Source of the DNA: a virus
Lineage: Duplodnaviria > Caudoviricetes
Reading direction: 5' to 3' (one strand)
Virus record (IMG/VR): IMGVR_UViG_2816332256_000001
Location: 19,827-83,826 of that record
Length of the DNA: 64,000 nucleotides
Below are positions 1 to 8,573 of this stretch, in pieces (the stretch's first letter is position 1; each line of letters starts with the position of its first letter). The notes beneath the pieces were generated by a model, which worked only from the letters and a program-made list of their open reading frames with translations, was not told the origin of the DNA and searched no databases. The translations under genes were made by a program, and so were the position numbers.

Positions 1-189
1 GGCGCGGCCAGTGTGCGTGACTGGTCACAGTCGGTCCCGCAGCAGGCCGCTGGTCAGCAGAAATTCAGCGGCGCACTGACCGTGCGTTTCGACAATCCGC
101 CGCCGGGGCTGCGCGTCGACCAGGCGCGCGGCACGCAGGGGCTGACGATCACGCCACAGGTGGGCTATCGCTCGCTCGCGGGAGGCTAA
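1..189 (+). CDS. C-terminal end of probable tape measure protein (partial)
   Basis: Frame 1 is open to TAA at 187-189 (...LTVRFDNPPPGLRV...VGYRSLAGG*), directly before the DNA circularisation gene, the usual position of the TMP. Confidence 0.6.
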   Translation, partial: GAASVRDWSQSVPQQAAGQQKFSGALTVRFDNPPPGLRVDQARGTQGLTITPQVGYRSLAGG

Positions 190-1476
190 ATGACTACATG
201 GCGCGACAGGCTGCAGCCGGCGTCGTTCCGCGGTGTGCCGTTCGACGTCGAGGCCGATTCGATCGGCGTCGGCCGGCGCACCCAGACGCATGAATTCGTC
301 AATCGCGACAAGCCGTATGTCGAGGATCTCGGGCGTGCGACGCGCGAGCCGAACCTGACGGGCTTCCTCGTCGGCGACGATTGTTTCGAGCAGGCCGACC
401 GCCTGATCGCGGCATTCGAGGCCGAGGGGCCGGCCGAGCTGGTGCATCCGTGGCTCGGCCGCATGAAGGTCAGCATCGTCGGAAAGTCGACCTTCAAGCG
501 CGATCGGCGCGAGGGCGGCGTCATCCGCTTCGATGCATCGTACGTCGAAGCGGGTGAGCTGTCGTTTCCGGCGACGACGGCCAACACGTCACAGCAGGTG
601 GCGAGCGCGGCGGACGCAATGAAGGCTGCGTCGAAAAGTAACTTTGCGACGCTGCTGGAACGCGTCAATGCGGCGCGCGTCGGCATCGCGTCGTACATGG
701 CGACGGCGTCGCGGCTGTATTCGGCGTTCAGCGACCAGCTGTCTCCGTTCGTGGACCTGTTTACCGACGCGGCTGACTTCGCCCGCCAGCTGATCAATGC
801 GCCGTCGTTCATCGCGGAGGAGCTGTTCAGCGCGCTGGACGCCGTGAAGTATTCATTCACCGGCACGGCGTCGGCGTTGGCGTCGGTCGGTGGGCTGCTG
901 TCCGGTATCCGGGGGCTCGACGATGGCCCGGCCGCGCAAGGCGCGGATGCGCTTGCGCTGCAGGGCGCGACCGTGCAGCTGGCGCAGGATGCGCTGCTGA
1001 TCGATGCCATGCGCACGCTCGCGACCGTCGACGTGCCGGTTGTCGATGCGGGCACGCCGGTCACGCCACGCGATCCGGTCTCGGTGGTGGGCGTGGGATC
1101 GCAAACCGGGACACCCGCCGTCGAGTACGACGAGGCTGGTGACGCGATTGTCCCGGTCGATACGCCGGTCGTTGACGACGTGATCGCCGTGCGCGACGGC
1201 GCGAGCGACCTGATCTGGGACATGGGGCTCGATACCTCGTACGAGCGGTTTCAGGCGCTGACGGGGGCGCGGCAGGCGATCGTGCGGCACCTCAATGCCA
1301 TCGCGAAGAACGGCGTGCGGATCGTCACGATCCAGCCGCTGGAGCCGACCGCGTCGCTGGTGCTCGCGTATCGGCGCTACGGTGACGCGACGCGGGCCGA
1401 TGAAGTCGTGGCGCGTAATCGCGTTCGACACCCCGGCTTCGTGCCGGCGACTGAATTGCAGATGGCGGAGCGATAG
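190..1476 (+). CDS. DNA circularisation / tail-tube initiator protein (Mu gp43/N-like)
   Basis: N-terminus WRDRLQPASFRGVPF...HEF..RDKPYVEDLGR and C-terminal LAY..YGDATRADE...RN...HPGF motifs. Confidence 0.85.
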   Translation: MTTWRDRLQPASFRGVPFDVEADSIGVGRRTQTHEFVNRDKPYVEDLGRATREPNLTGFLVGDDCFEQADRLIAAFEAEGPAELVHPWLGRMKVSIVGKSTFKRDRREGGVIRFDASYVEAGELSFPATTANTSQQVASAADAMKAASKSNFATLLERVNAARVGIASYMATASRLYSAFSDQLSPFVDLFTDAADFARQLINAPSFIAEELFSALDAVKYSFTGTASALASVGGLLSGIRGLDDGPAAQGADALALQGATVQLAQDALLIDAMRTLATVDVPVVDAGTPVTPRDPVSVVGVGSQTGTPAVEYDEAGDAIVPVDTPVVDDVIAVRDGASDLIWDMGLDTSYERFQALTGARQAIVRHLNAIAKNGVRIVTIQPLEPTASLVLAYRRYGDATRADEVVARNRVRHPGFVPATELQMAER

Positions 1477-1479
1477 CGG

Positions 1480-2592
1480 ATGGCCGAGGCAAACGAAATC
1501 GCGACGCTGAGCGTCAATGGCCGGAACTATGGGGGCTGGAAGTCGGTGTCGATCGGCGCCGGCATCGAGCGCTGCTCGCGCGACTTCAACCTGTCGGTGA
1601 CGTGGAAATGGCCGGGGCAGTCCACCGCGATCGGCATCCATCAGGGCGATCGGGCCGAGGTGCGCATCGGCAACGACCTGGTGCTGACCGGCTGGGTCTA
1701 TGCGACGCCGATTCGCCATGACGCATCGGCGATCGAGTTGTCGGTGTCAGGGCGCTCGATCACGTCGGATCTCGTCGACTGCGCGGCGGACAACAAACCG
1801 GGCCAGTGGCGCAACCAGACGGTCGCACAGATCGTCAGCGCGCTGGTGGCCCCGTACGGCATCACGGTGATCGACCAGACCGGGGATAGCGGCACGCTCG
1901 CGGATCACACGATCCAGCCGGGCGAGACGATTTTCGAGTCGATTGACCGGCTGCTGACGCTGTCGCACCTGTTTGCGACCGATGACGGTCGCGGCCGGCT
2001 GATCATCGCGAACCCGGGCAGCGCGGGGCGGGCGGTGGACCGCCTGGTGGTCGGCGAGAACGTGCTGAGCGGCGATGCGCCGCTGGATTTCTCGGGCGTG
2101 TTCTCCGAGTACAAGTGCAAGGGGCAGCACGTCGGCAGCGACGATGCGTTCGGTGCCGATACGAGCGAGGTGTCGGCGAGCGTCACGGACGCCCGTGTCC
2201 GGCGCAAGCGCGTGAAGGTCATCCAGGAGTCGGGAAACATCACGGCGTCGATCGCGCAGGGGCGGGTCCAGTGGGAGCGCGACAACCGGATCAGCAAGGC
2301 GCTTGCGACCACGTACGGCGTGCAGGGCTGGCGCCAGTCGAACGGCCGGCTCTGGATCCCGAACCAGACCGTGCGGGTGGTCGATCCGATCATCGGCTTC
2401 GATCGAGACATGCTGATCGTCGAGGCGACCTATGTGAAAGGCGAGCAGGGAACGACCACGACCATGAAAGTGGCGCCGCCGGACGGCTACATGCCGGAGC
2501 CGGACGATCCGCACAAGCGGCGCAAGCTGAAGAAAGGCAAGAAGGGCGACAACTTCGAATACCTGTTGCCTGCTGACTGGGAGAAAAACTGA
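1480..2592 (+). CDS. Baseplate hub (Mu gp44/P-like)
   Basis: YGGWKSVSI..GIER, DLVDC, QPGET motifs; gene order. Confidence 0.85.
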   Translation: MAEANEIATLSVNGRNYGGWKSVSIGAGIERCSRDFNLSVTWKWPGQSTAIGIHQGDRAEVRIGNDLVLTGWVYATPIRHDASAIELSVSGRSITSDLVDCAADNKPGQWRNQTVAQIVSALVAPYGITVIDQTGDSGTLADHTIQPGETIFESIDRLLTLSHLFATDDGRGRLIIANPGSAGRAVDRLVVGENVLSGDAPLDFSGVFSEYKCKGQHVGSDDAFGADTSEVSASVTDARVRRKRVKVIQESGNITASIAQGRVQWERDNRISKALATTYGVQGWRQSNGRLWIPNQTVRVVDPIIGFDRDMLIVEATYVKGEQGTTTTMKVAPPDGYMPEPDDPHKRRKLKKGKKGDNFEYLLPADWEKN

Positions 2593-3143
2593 TGCATGCG
2601 CGAGAGATGGCGCAACGGATCATGGGCACGCTGGTGCGCTGCACGGTCAAGCTCGTGAATTCGGGCGCGAAGATGCAGTCGCTGCAGTTGGGGCTACTGT
2701 CGGACGAACCCAAGGATGCGATGGAGCACTTCGAGCCGTATGGCTTCACGTCGCGTCCGAAGGCCGGTGCGGAAGGCGTGGCCGGCTTCTTCGGCGGCGA
2801 CCGCTCGCACGGCGTGGTGCTGGTGGTCGCCGATCGCCGTTACCGGCTGACGGGGCTGGCCGAGGGCGAGGTCGCGATCTACACCGACGAGGGCGCGAAG
2901 ATCGTGATGAAGCGCGGGCGGGTGATCGACGTCGAGTGTGACGAATATCGCGTCGTGACGAAGCACTACAGCGTGACTGCGGACGCGTACGACGTGACCG
3001 CGCAGGCGGCGTCGATCGACGCCGATCACGCGTCGTCGACGTGCCCGATCACCGCACCTGACGTCGTGCTCGACGGCAAGAGCATGGTCGTGCATCACCA
3101 CCTCGAGCACGACGGGCCGCCGACCGGAGGGCCGCTGTCATGA
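2592..3143 (+). CDS. Baseplate spike (Mu gp45 / assembly protein V)
   Basis: EHFEPYGFTSRP, GDRSHGV...DRRYR motifs; C-terminal HxH tip. Confidence 0.85.
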   Translation: MHAREMAQRIMGTLVRCTVKLVNSGAKMQSLQLGLLSDEPKDAMEHFEPYGFTSRPKAGAEGVAGFFGGDRSHGVVLVVADRRYRLTGLAEGEVAIYTDEGAKIVMKRGRVIDVECDEYRVVTKHYSVTADAYDVTAQAASIDADHASSTCPITAPDVVLDGKSMVVHHHLEHDGPPTGGPLS

Positions 3144-3544
3144 CGGTGCTGGCTGACACCGAGCGCGCGGCGCTGCTCGAGCGGGCCGTGAACATCAGCC
3201 TCTTCACGTGGCGCCGTGCGGAGCCGACCGACCAGCTCGACGACGACAACCGGGAGGGCTGGTGGGGCGACAGCTTCCCGGCGCTGGATAACGATCGGAC
3301 CGGCTCGCGGCTCTGGTTGCTGCGCCGGCGCAAGCTCGATGCGCAGGCCGTGGCCGATGCGCAGCAGTATGCGGCCGAAGCCTTGCAGTGGCTGGTGGAC
3401 GATGGCTTGGCGGCATCGGTGTCGGCGCTGGCGACGCGCACCGAGATGGATGCGATGCGGCTCGTCGTCACGCTGATCGACGCGTCGGGCGCTCAACTCC
3501 GATTTACCTTCGACAACATCTGGCAGGTGATCCATGCCGTTTGA
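3140..3544 (+). CDS. Mu gp46-like baseplate protein
   Basis: SLFTWRRA...GWWGDS...GSRLWLL...YA.EALQWLV.DG signature. Confidence 0.85.
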   Translation: MTVLADTERAALLERAVNISLFTWRRAEPTDQLDDDNREGWWGDSFPALDNDRTGSRLWLLRRRKLDAQAVADAQQYAAEALQWLVDDGLAASVSALATRTEMDAMRLVVTLIDASGAQLRFTFDNIWQVIHAV

Positions 3545-4586
3545 CGTTCCTACCTTGCCGACGCTGATTCAGCGCGCGGTTTCCGATCTCGCTGGCAGCG
3601 CATCGGATGCGCTGCGGCGATCCGACGCCCAGGTGCTTGCGCGCGTGCATTCGGGCGCCACGCATCTCGGTTACGGCTACCTGAAGTGGATTTCGAAGCA
3701 GCTGTTTCCGGACGAGTGTGACGAGGACATGCTGATCCGGCAGGCGAATCTGCGGTTGCGTGCCGGTCGCAAAGCGGCACAGGCGGCGACCGGGCTGGTC
3801 GGCGTGACCGGCCAGCCGCGCGCACCGGTCGGCGCGGATGCGTTGCTGCAGACGGCTGACCAGATCCAGTACAGGACGACGGCGGACACCACGCTCGATG
3901 CGAACGGCACGGGGGCGGTATTGGTGCGGGCCGTCGTGCCGGGCAAGGCCGGCAATCTGGATGGCGGGACGCGGCTCACGTTCGTATCGCCGGTCGACGG
4001 CGTGTCGAGCGACGCCGTGGTGTCGGCCGCCGGCATTCGCGGCGGCAGCGATATCGAGTCGATCGACGAATTGCGCAAGCGGGTCAAGGCCTCGTACCGG
4101 CGCACGCCAATGGGTGGCAACGGCGACGACTACGAGGACTGGGCGCTGGAGGTGCCGGGTGTGACGCGCGCGTGGGTGCGGCGTCGCTACATGGGGCCGG
4201 GCACGGTGGCCGTGTTCTTCATGCGGGATGACGACGACGATCCGTTCCCGGGTGAACCGGAGATCGCCGCCGCGACCGCGCATATCGAGGCACAGCGACC
4301 GCTCGGCGCCGAGTTGTATGTGCTGGCGCCCGTGGACCGGCCGGTCAAGTACCGGATCCGGCTGTCACCGGACACGGCGACGACGCGTGCCGCGGTGATC
4401 GCGTCACTGAAGGATCTGCATGCGCGCGAGGCGGATCTGGGTGTGACGTTTCTGCGCAGCCATATCGACGAAACGATCAGCACCACGGCCGGCGAGACCG
4501 ATCACGACCTGGTCGAGCCGGCCGTGAGCGTCGAGCTGGCGGTCAATGAGCTGCCGACATTCGGGGGCGTCGCATGGGTGACGTGA
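3534..4586 (+). CDS. Baseplate J / Mu gp47
   Basis: AVVPGKAGN, GG.DIES.DELR, GG..DY..WALEVPGV.RAWV motifs. Confidence 0.9.
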   Translation: MPFDVPTLPTLIQRAVSDLAGSASDALRRSDAQVLARVHSGATHLGYGYLKWISKQLFPDECDEDMLIRQANLRLRAGRKAAQAATGLVGVTGQPRAPVGADALLQTADQIQYRTTADTTLDANGTGAVLVRAVVPGKAGNLDGGTRLTFVSPVDGVSSDAVVSAAGIRGGSDIESIDELRKRVKASYRRTPMGGNGDDYEDWALEVPGVTRAWVRRRYMGPGTVAVFFMRDDDDDPFPGEPEIAAATAHIEAQRPLGAELYVLAPVDRPVKYRIRLSPDTATTRAAVIASLKDLHAREADLGVTFLRSHIDETISTTAGETDHDLVEPAVSVELAVNELPTFGGVAWVT

Positions 4587-5176
4587 GAACGGCAAGCGAC
4601 TACCTCGCGCAGCTGCGCCAGCTGTTGCCGCCGGGGCCGGCGTGGGACGTCGAGCTTGCGGCCGACGTCGACGCGGTGCTGCGCGGCTTGTCGGGCGAGT
4701 TCGCGCGGCTCGACGCCCGCGCGAGCGATCTGCTGAACGAGATCGATCCGGCGACGATGCGCGAGCTGGTGCCCGACTACGAGCGCGTGATGGCGCTTCC
4801 GGATCCGTGCCTCGGCGACGCGCCGACGTTCGACGCCAGAAAGAAGGCGGTGATCCGGCGACTGGTTGGAATGGGCGGGCAGAACGCGGCGTTTTTTGTC
4901 GGCGTCGCGGTCGAGCAGGGCTATCCCGACGCGTACGTCGTCGAGCATCGCGCGCCGCGTTTTGGCCGCTCGCGGTTTGGCGTCGCGCGGTTCGGGACAT
5001 GGGCGGCGCAGTTCTTCTGGGAGATGCATCTCGGTGCGCGGCGGCTGGGCGGCGCCCGGTTCGGCGTGACGCATTTTTCGGAGCGGTTCGGCAGCAACCC
5101 GAATAGCGGGATCGAGTGCCTGGTGCAGCGATGGATGCCGGCGCACACCGTGGTTGATTTCAAATACGGCGATTGA
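4574..5176 (+). CDS. Mu gp48 / YmfQ (DUF2313) baseplate protein
   Basis: LLPPGPAW, ERVMALPD.C, IEC....PAHT motifs. Confidence 0.85.
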   Translation: MGDVRTASDYLAQLRQLLPPGPAWDVELAADVDAVLRGLSGEFARLDARASDLLNEIDPATMRELVPDYERVMALPDPCLGDAPTFDARKKAVIRRLVGMGGQNAAFFVGVAVEQGYPDAYVVEHRAPRFGRSRFGVARFGTWAAQFFWEMHLGARRLGGARFGVTHFSERFGSNPNSGIECLVQRWMPAHTVVDFKYGD

Positions 5177-5185
5177 GGGGGGTTC

Positions 5186-5965
5186 ATGGATTTTCCACGT
5201 GCGGATGACGTCGGGCTCGTTAATGGCGAGTTCGTCGACGAGAACGCGGCGACGGGGCAGCCGGGGTCGTTGATCCCGGCGCGGTGGGGTAATGCGGTCA
5301 CGAAGGAATTGCTGGCGATTCAGGCTGCGGCGGGTATCGAGGCCGACGAGGCGGATACCTCTCAGGTGCTGCGGGCGCTCAATGGCCTTTTCCCGCGAAT
5401 CTACAGCATCGCGCAATTGCCGACCAAGAATGCCGGCCCGGTCATGGTGGCGGAGGTCGGGGAGATCTGGACGTGGTCGGCAAGCGCGTGTTTCACGGGC
5501 TACCGTTCGCAGTTGTGCGGTGACCCACTTTTCAGCGCGCGCGCCACGCCGCTCGTCCAGCATCTGGACGCTGTCGGCGGCTCGGTTAGCAAGGCCGCCT
5601 ATCCGGGCCTGTGGGGCTGGGCGCAGGAGCAAGGACTGGTTGTAACGGCTGCGAACTGGCTTGCTGGCACGCACCACTTCGTGGACAACGGCGACGGCAC
5701 GTTCAGGCTGCCCGATCTTCGCAACCAGTTTTTCCGGGCAACCGGAACTAACGCTGACACTACAAATGCTCGGGCCATCGGTTCAGATCAAGACGATTCC
5801 TTCAAATCTCACAATCACGGCATCACCGTTTCGTATACGGCGGCCGCAGGAGGTGTTGGCAACCTCATCGGTGGATCGACTATTTCGGCGACCGCTATCG
5901 CAAGTGCTGGCGGTTCAGAAACCCGCGGTCAGAACGTAGCCTATGCACCTCGCATCCATATCTGA
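5186..5965 (+). CDS. Tail fibre, collar domain plus currently expressed C-terminal cassette A
   Basis: Collar motif YP.LW...GDG.TFRLPDLR..F.R; tip with H-N-H and ETR..N.AYAPRIHI end. 191-aa constant part plus 68-aa cassette. Confidence 0.88.
   Translation: MDFPRADDVGLVNGEFVDENAATGQPGSLIPARWGNAVTKELLAIQAAAGIEADEADTSQVLRALNGLFPRIYSIAQLPTKNAGPVMVAEVGEIWTWSASACFTGYRSQLCGDPLFSARATPLVQHLDAVGGSVSKAAYPGLWGWAQEQGLVVTAANWLAGTHHFVDNGDGTFRLPDLRNQFFRATGTNADTTNARAIGSDQDDSFKSHNHGITVSYTAAAGGVGNLIGGSTISATAIASAGGSETRGQNVAYAPRIHI
5758..5769 (+). repeat. Putative crossover site 1, CACTACAAATGC
   Basis: In frame within the fibre gene just after the collar domain (codons T-T-N-A). Confidence 0.8.
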
Positions 5966-5971
5966 CCGCTG

Positions 5972-5983
5972 CACTACAAATGC
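5972..5983 (+). repeat. Putative crossover site 2, CACTACAAATGC
   Basis: Identical 12-mer beginning 6 bp after the fibre stop codon; opens cassette B in the same reading register. Confidence 0.8.
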
Positions 5984-6245
5984 ACTGGTGCTGGGTTCGG
6001 GCCAAGCCGACGCTCTTCAGAGAATCGTCGGCAACTTGTTCCCGACGATTCTCGGGTCCTCCGGATCCTCAATTCAATCTAGTGGCGTGTTCCAGTTCAT
6101 TAACCCATGGGAATTTCAGATTCCGCAGGGAGCGGGGGGCACGTGGACCGGAGCATTGACGAAATTCGACTCATCGCTCGTCACGCGTGCGTCGCCCGAA
6201 ACGCGCAGTACCAACACCGCTTACGCGCCTCGAATCCATATTTAA
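5973..6245 (+). other. Silent tail-fibre C-terminal cassette B (90 aa, no start codon of its own)
   Basis: TTNALVLGSGQADALQRIVG...FDSSLVTRASPETRSTNTAYAPRIHI*. Confidence 0.82.
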
Positions 6246-6451
6246 ATGTGGATGCGCGGCGCATATGCGGTGTTGGTCGGTCTAGTTTCGGCGCCCCCAG
6301 CCGATCCGCTCTGCGTGGTCTGAGTGCTTTGCCATTGATTAGGTTGGCCACCGGAGGACGTGCCAGACCATGTGATGTAAGAGGCGTAACCGTGGGTGTG
6401 CGCTCTAAACGCATCGGTTTGGGCTGAACCAATCACTCGCGCATTTGCAGT
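6242..6451 (-). other. Silent tail-fibre C-terminal cassette C (69 aa, inverted)
   Basis: TANARVIGSAQTDAFRAHTHG...GGAETRPTNTAYAPRIHI* on the minus strand; stop overlaps cassette B stop inside the palindrome ATTTAAAT (6240-6247). Confidence 0.82.
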
Positions 6452-6452
6452 G
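6441..6452 (-). repeat. Putative crossover site 3, CACTGCAAATGC (inverted)
   Basis: Plus strand GCATTTGCAGTG; 11/12 match to sites 1 and 2, opposite orientation. Confidence 0.8.
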
Positions 6453-6480
6453 CAAGATTCATTAACTAATTGAGATCGTT

Positions 6481-6843
6481 ATGAAAACGATGACGGTGTA
6501 CCAAACGGACCACGACGGGTGCTATCTATACCCGGTGGTTGCAAACGAGCTGGCACTTCAGCCCGACAGCTTCAACATTCCGTACGGGGCGGTGGAAACG
6601 GAGCCGCCGGAAGCTGCTTCGGGCACGGTTGCCCAATGGGCGGATGGCGCGTGGCAACTCGTGGCCGACAACCGCGGCACCGTGCTGTACGTTGCTGCGA
6701 CCGGTGTGCAGTATGAGTTCGGCTGCACAGTCGAGATCGACAGTGCGAGCGTCAGCTACAACGGGCTCGGCCCGATCCCTGCATGGCTGAGCGCAACCGC
6801 ACCGGCGGCGCAGCCTGCTGCCGATGCCGGCGCAGTTGCATGA
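6481..6843 (+). CDS. Tail fibre assembly chaperone-like protein
   Basis: Follows the fibre locus; YQ.D..G.Y..P...IP.GA....PP...W..G.W.LV.D.RG pattern. Confidence 0.75.
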   Translation: MKTMTVYQTDHDGCYLYPVVANELALQPDSFNIPYGAVETEPPEAASGTVAQWADGAWQLVADNRGTVLYVAATGVQYEFGCTVEIDSASVSYNGLGPIPAWLSATAPAAQPAADAGAVA

Positions 6844-6960
6844 CCCGGAGGCTTGCCGATTTCGCGAGTCACCAATAGCTGGTGCTGTGCGGCGCAGCCT
6901 TGTTTGCTTCATAAAAATTCGTGATGGTCTCCGGCCGCGCGGGGATGCATTGCAGGAAAT

Positions 6961-6987
6961 AACGCCGCTGCTTCAAGCGGCGTTTTT
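6961..6987 (+). terminator. Intrinsic terminator before lysis genes
   Basis: AACGCCGCT-GCTTCA-AGCGGCGTT followed by TTT. Confidence 0.65.
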
Positions 6988-7005
6988 CGTTTACGGGGAG
7001 TGGGG

Positions 7006-7290
7006 ATGCAGGAACACGAAAAAACGTTTCTGGAGCTGATCGTCATGGGCGCTTTCATCGGTGTGGCAAAGCTGCTTGTCAGCAGCGAGCAGCTGACGTT
7101 CCGCGTGGTTGCCGGCCGCGCATTGCTCGGATCCGCGACATCGATGGTGGCGGGCGTTGCGTTGTTGCAGATCCCGGATCTGCCGCCGCTCGCGCTGCTC
7201 GGTATCGGCAGCGCGCTCGGCATTGTCGGCTCGCAGTACATCGAAATCCTACTGCGTCGAAAGACGAAGGCAATTCTTGGGAAGGAGTAA
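7006..7290 (+). CDS. Holin
   Basis: 94 aa, 2-3 hydrophobic segments, basic C-terminus, upstream of endolysin; RBS GGGGAG. Confidence 0.75.
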   Translation: MQEHEKTFLELIVMGAFIGVAKLLVSSEQLTFRVVAGRALLGSATSMVAGVALLQIPDLPPLALLGIGSALGIVGSQYIEILLRRKTKAILGKE

Positions 7291-7295
7291 GCCGT

Positions 7296-7532
7296 TTGAA
7301 GCTGAGATTGATTGACGATTGGCGCCAGGCGCACAAGCTCGCATCCGTGCGCGCTTCGAGCGTGCTGGCGTTCGCATTCGGGGCGGGGCCGGCGCTGCTC
7401 GACGCGTGGCGCCAGATTCCGGCCGACCTGAAGGATGCGCTCCCGCACGGCTGGGCGCGGTGGATCACAACTGCCGGCTTCGTGCTGGTGCTGCTGGCGC
7501 GGATGACGCGCGTGGAGAAGGCCGATGGCTGA
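7296..7532 (+). CDS. Second small membrane protein (holin/antiholin-like)
   Basis: KLIDDWR.A.K..SV..., two hydrophobic segments, inside the lysis cassette. Confidence 0.6.
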   Translation: MKLRLIDDWRQAHKLASVRASSVLAFAFGAGPALLDAWRQIPADLKDALPHGWARWITTAGFVLVLLARMTRVEKADG

Positions 7533-8022
7533 TGCGAAGAAGAAGACGCTCGTCGGGGTAGTAGGGGCCGCAACTGCGGCCCTTTTATTTTCCTATGTCC
7601 CGCAGTTCGAGGGTGTCGTACACCGCGGGTATCTCGACCCGGTCGGCATTCCGACGAAATGCAGCGGCGATACGCACAACGTGGTTGTCGGCCGCGCCTA
7701 CAGTGATGCCGAGTGCCGCGCGTCGCTCGAGCAGCAGCTGATCGGTCATGCCGAGCCGGTGCTGAGGTGCACGCCGGTCCTGCAGGGCCATACGTACCAG
7801 CTCGCAGCCGCAGTGAGCTTCGCCTACAACGTCGGCACCGGTGCGTACTGCGCCAGTTCGACGGCACGCCGATTCAACGCGGGCGACTGGAAGGGCGCAT
7901 GCAAGGCGATCAACGAATCGGATGCCGGTAAGCCGCAATGGGTGACCGCGGCCGGTCGCGTGCTGCCCGGGCTGGTGAAACGGCGTGCTGACGAGCGCGC
8001 GCTATGCGAAAGGGGGCTGTGA
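7525..8022 (+). CDS. SAR endolysin (GH24 lysozyme)
   Basis: KKK followed by a Gly/Ala-rich SAR segment; FEG...YLDPVGIPT catalytic E-D-T; AAVSFAYNVG; GLVKRR. Confidence 0.92.
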   Translation: MADAKKKTLVGVVGAATAALLFSYVPQFEGVVHRGYLDPVGIPTKCSGDTHNVVVGRAYSDAECRASLEQQLIGHAEPVLRCTPVLQGHTYQLAAAVSFAYNVGTGAYCASSTARRFNAGDWKGACKAINESDAGKPQWVTAAGRVLPGLVKRRADERALCERGL

Positions 8023-8083
8023 TGCTGACGATCGCCATTCTGTGCCGATTGGCCGCGCGCTCGGCCGATGGGGAGGTGACGAC

Positions 8084-8569
8084 ATGAACTGGATCGATCC
8101 GCGCATCTGGCTGGTCGTCGTGGCCGGCCTCGTGGCCGGCTCGGCCGGCGGGTATTTCAAGGGACACCGGGACGCCGATCAGTCGGCCAAGGTCGCCGAT
8201 CAGGCGAGGCAGATCAAGGATCTGACCGCCGAGCGTGACACATTCCGCCGCCGCACGGCGGCTCAACAGGAGATCGCAACCGATGCTGCGAAAGAACGTG
8301 ATCAGGCGCGCGCTGACGCCGTTGCCGCTGCTTCTGCTGCTGACGGCCTGCGCCGGCAGGTCGTCATCCTCGTCGACGGCGCCCGACATTCCGCCGCTGC
8401 GGCCGGAGGCCCGCCAGCCGGCGACGCCCTCGATCTGCTTGCCGACGTGCTCGGCCGCGCTGACCAGCGCGCGGGCGAGCTGGCTGAATACGCCGACCGT
8501 GCCCGCATCGCCGGCCAGCAGTGCGAGCGCGACTACGACGCCTTGACCATTTCCCACAACGAGAAGTGA
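8084..8569 (+). CDS. Rz-like i-spanin (DUF2514 type)
   Basis: N-terminal TM, coiled coil, LA..AD.ARIAG..CE..YDAL end. Confidence 0.85.
   Translation: MNWIDPRIWLVVVAGLVAGSAGGYFKGHRDADQSAKVADQARQIKDLTAERDTFRRRTAAQQEIATDAAKERDQARADAVAAASAADGLRRQVVILVDGARHSAAAAGGPPAGDALDLLADVLGRADQRAGELAEYADRARIAGQQCERDYDALTISHNEK
8283..8546 (+). CDS. Rz1-like o-spanin lipoprotein embedded in Rz
   Basis: Alternate frame inside Rz; lipobox LLTAC; Pro-rich mature part. Confidence 0.7.
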   Translation: MLRKNVIRRALTPLPLLLLLTACAGRSSSSSTAPDIPPLRPEARQPATPSICLPTCSAALTSARASWLNTPTVPASPASSASATTTP

Positions 8570-8573
8570 CATC

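Noticed and set aside
4940-5100. Repeated RFG motifs in the gp48/YmfQ gene
   Set aside because: Short protein-level repeats typical of this family; no DNA-level array.
1-5176. Transposable Mu-like phage
   Set aside because: Only the tail module is Mu-like; the element ends in a tyrosine integrase at dusA and no transposase is visible. The left arm is unseen.
5758-6452. Diversity-generating retroelement (TR/VR) explanation for the repeated fibre ends
   Set aside because: No reverse transcriptase in view; cassettes differ in length and throughout, not at adenines only; one copy is inverted and bounded by recombination-type sites.
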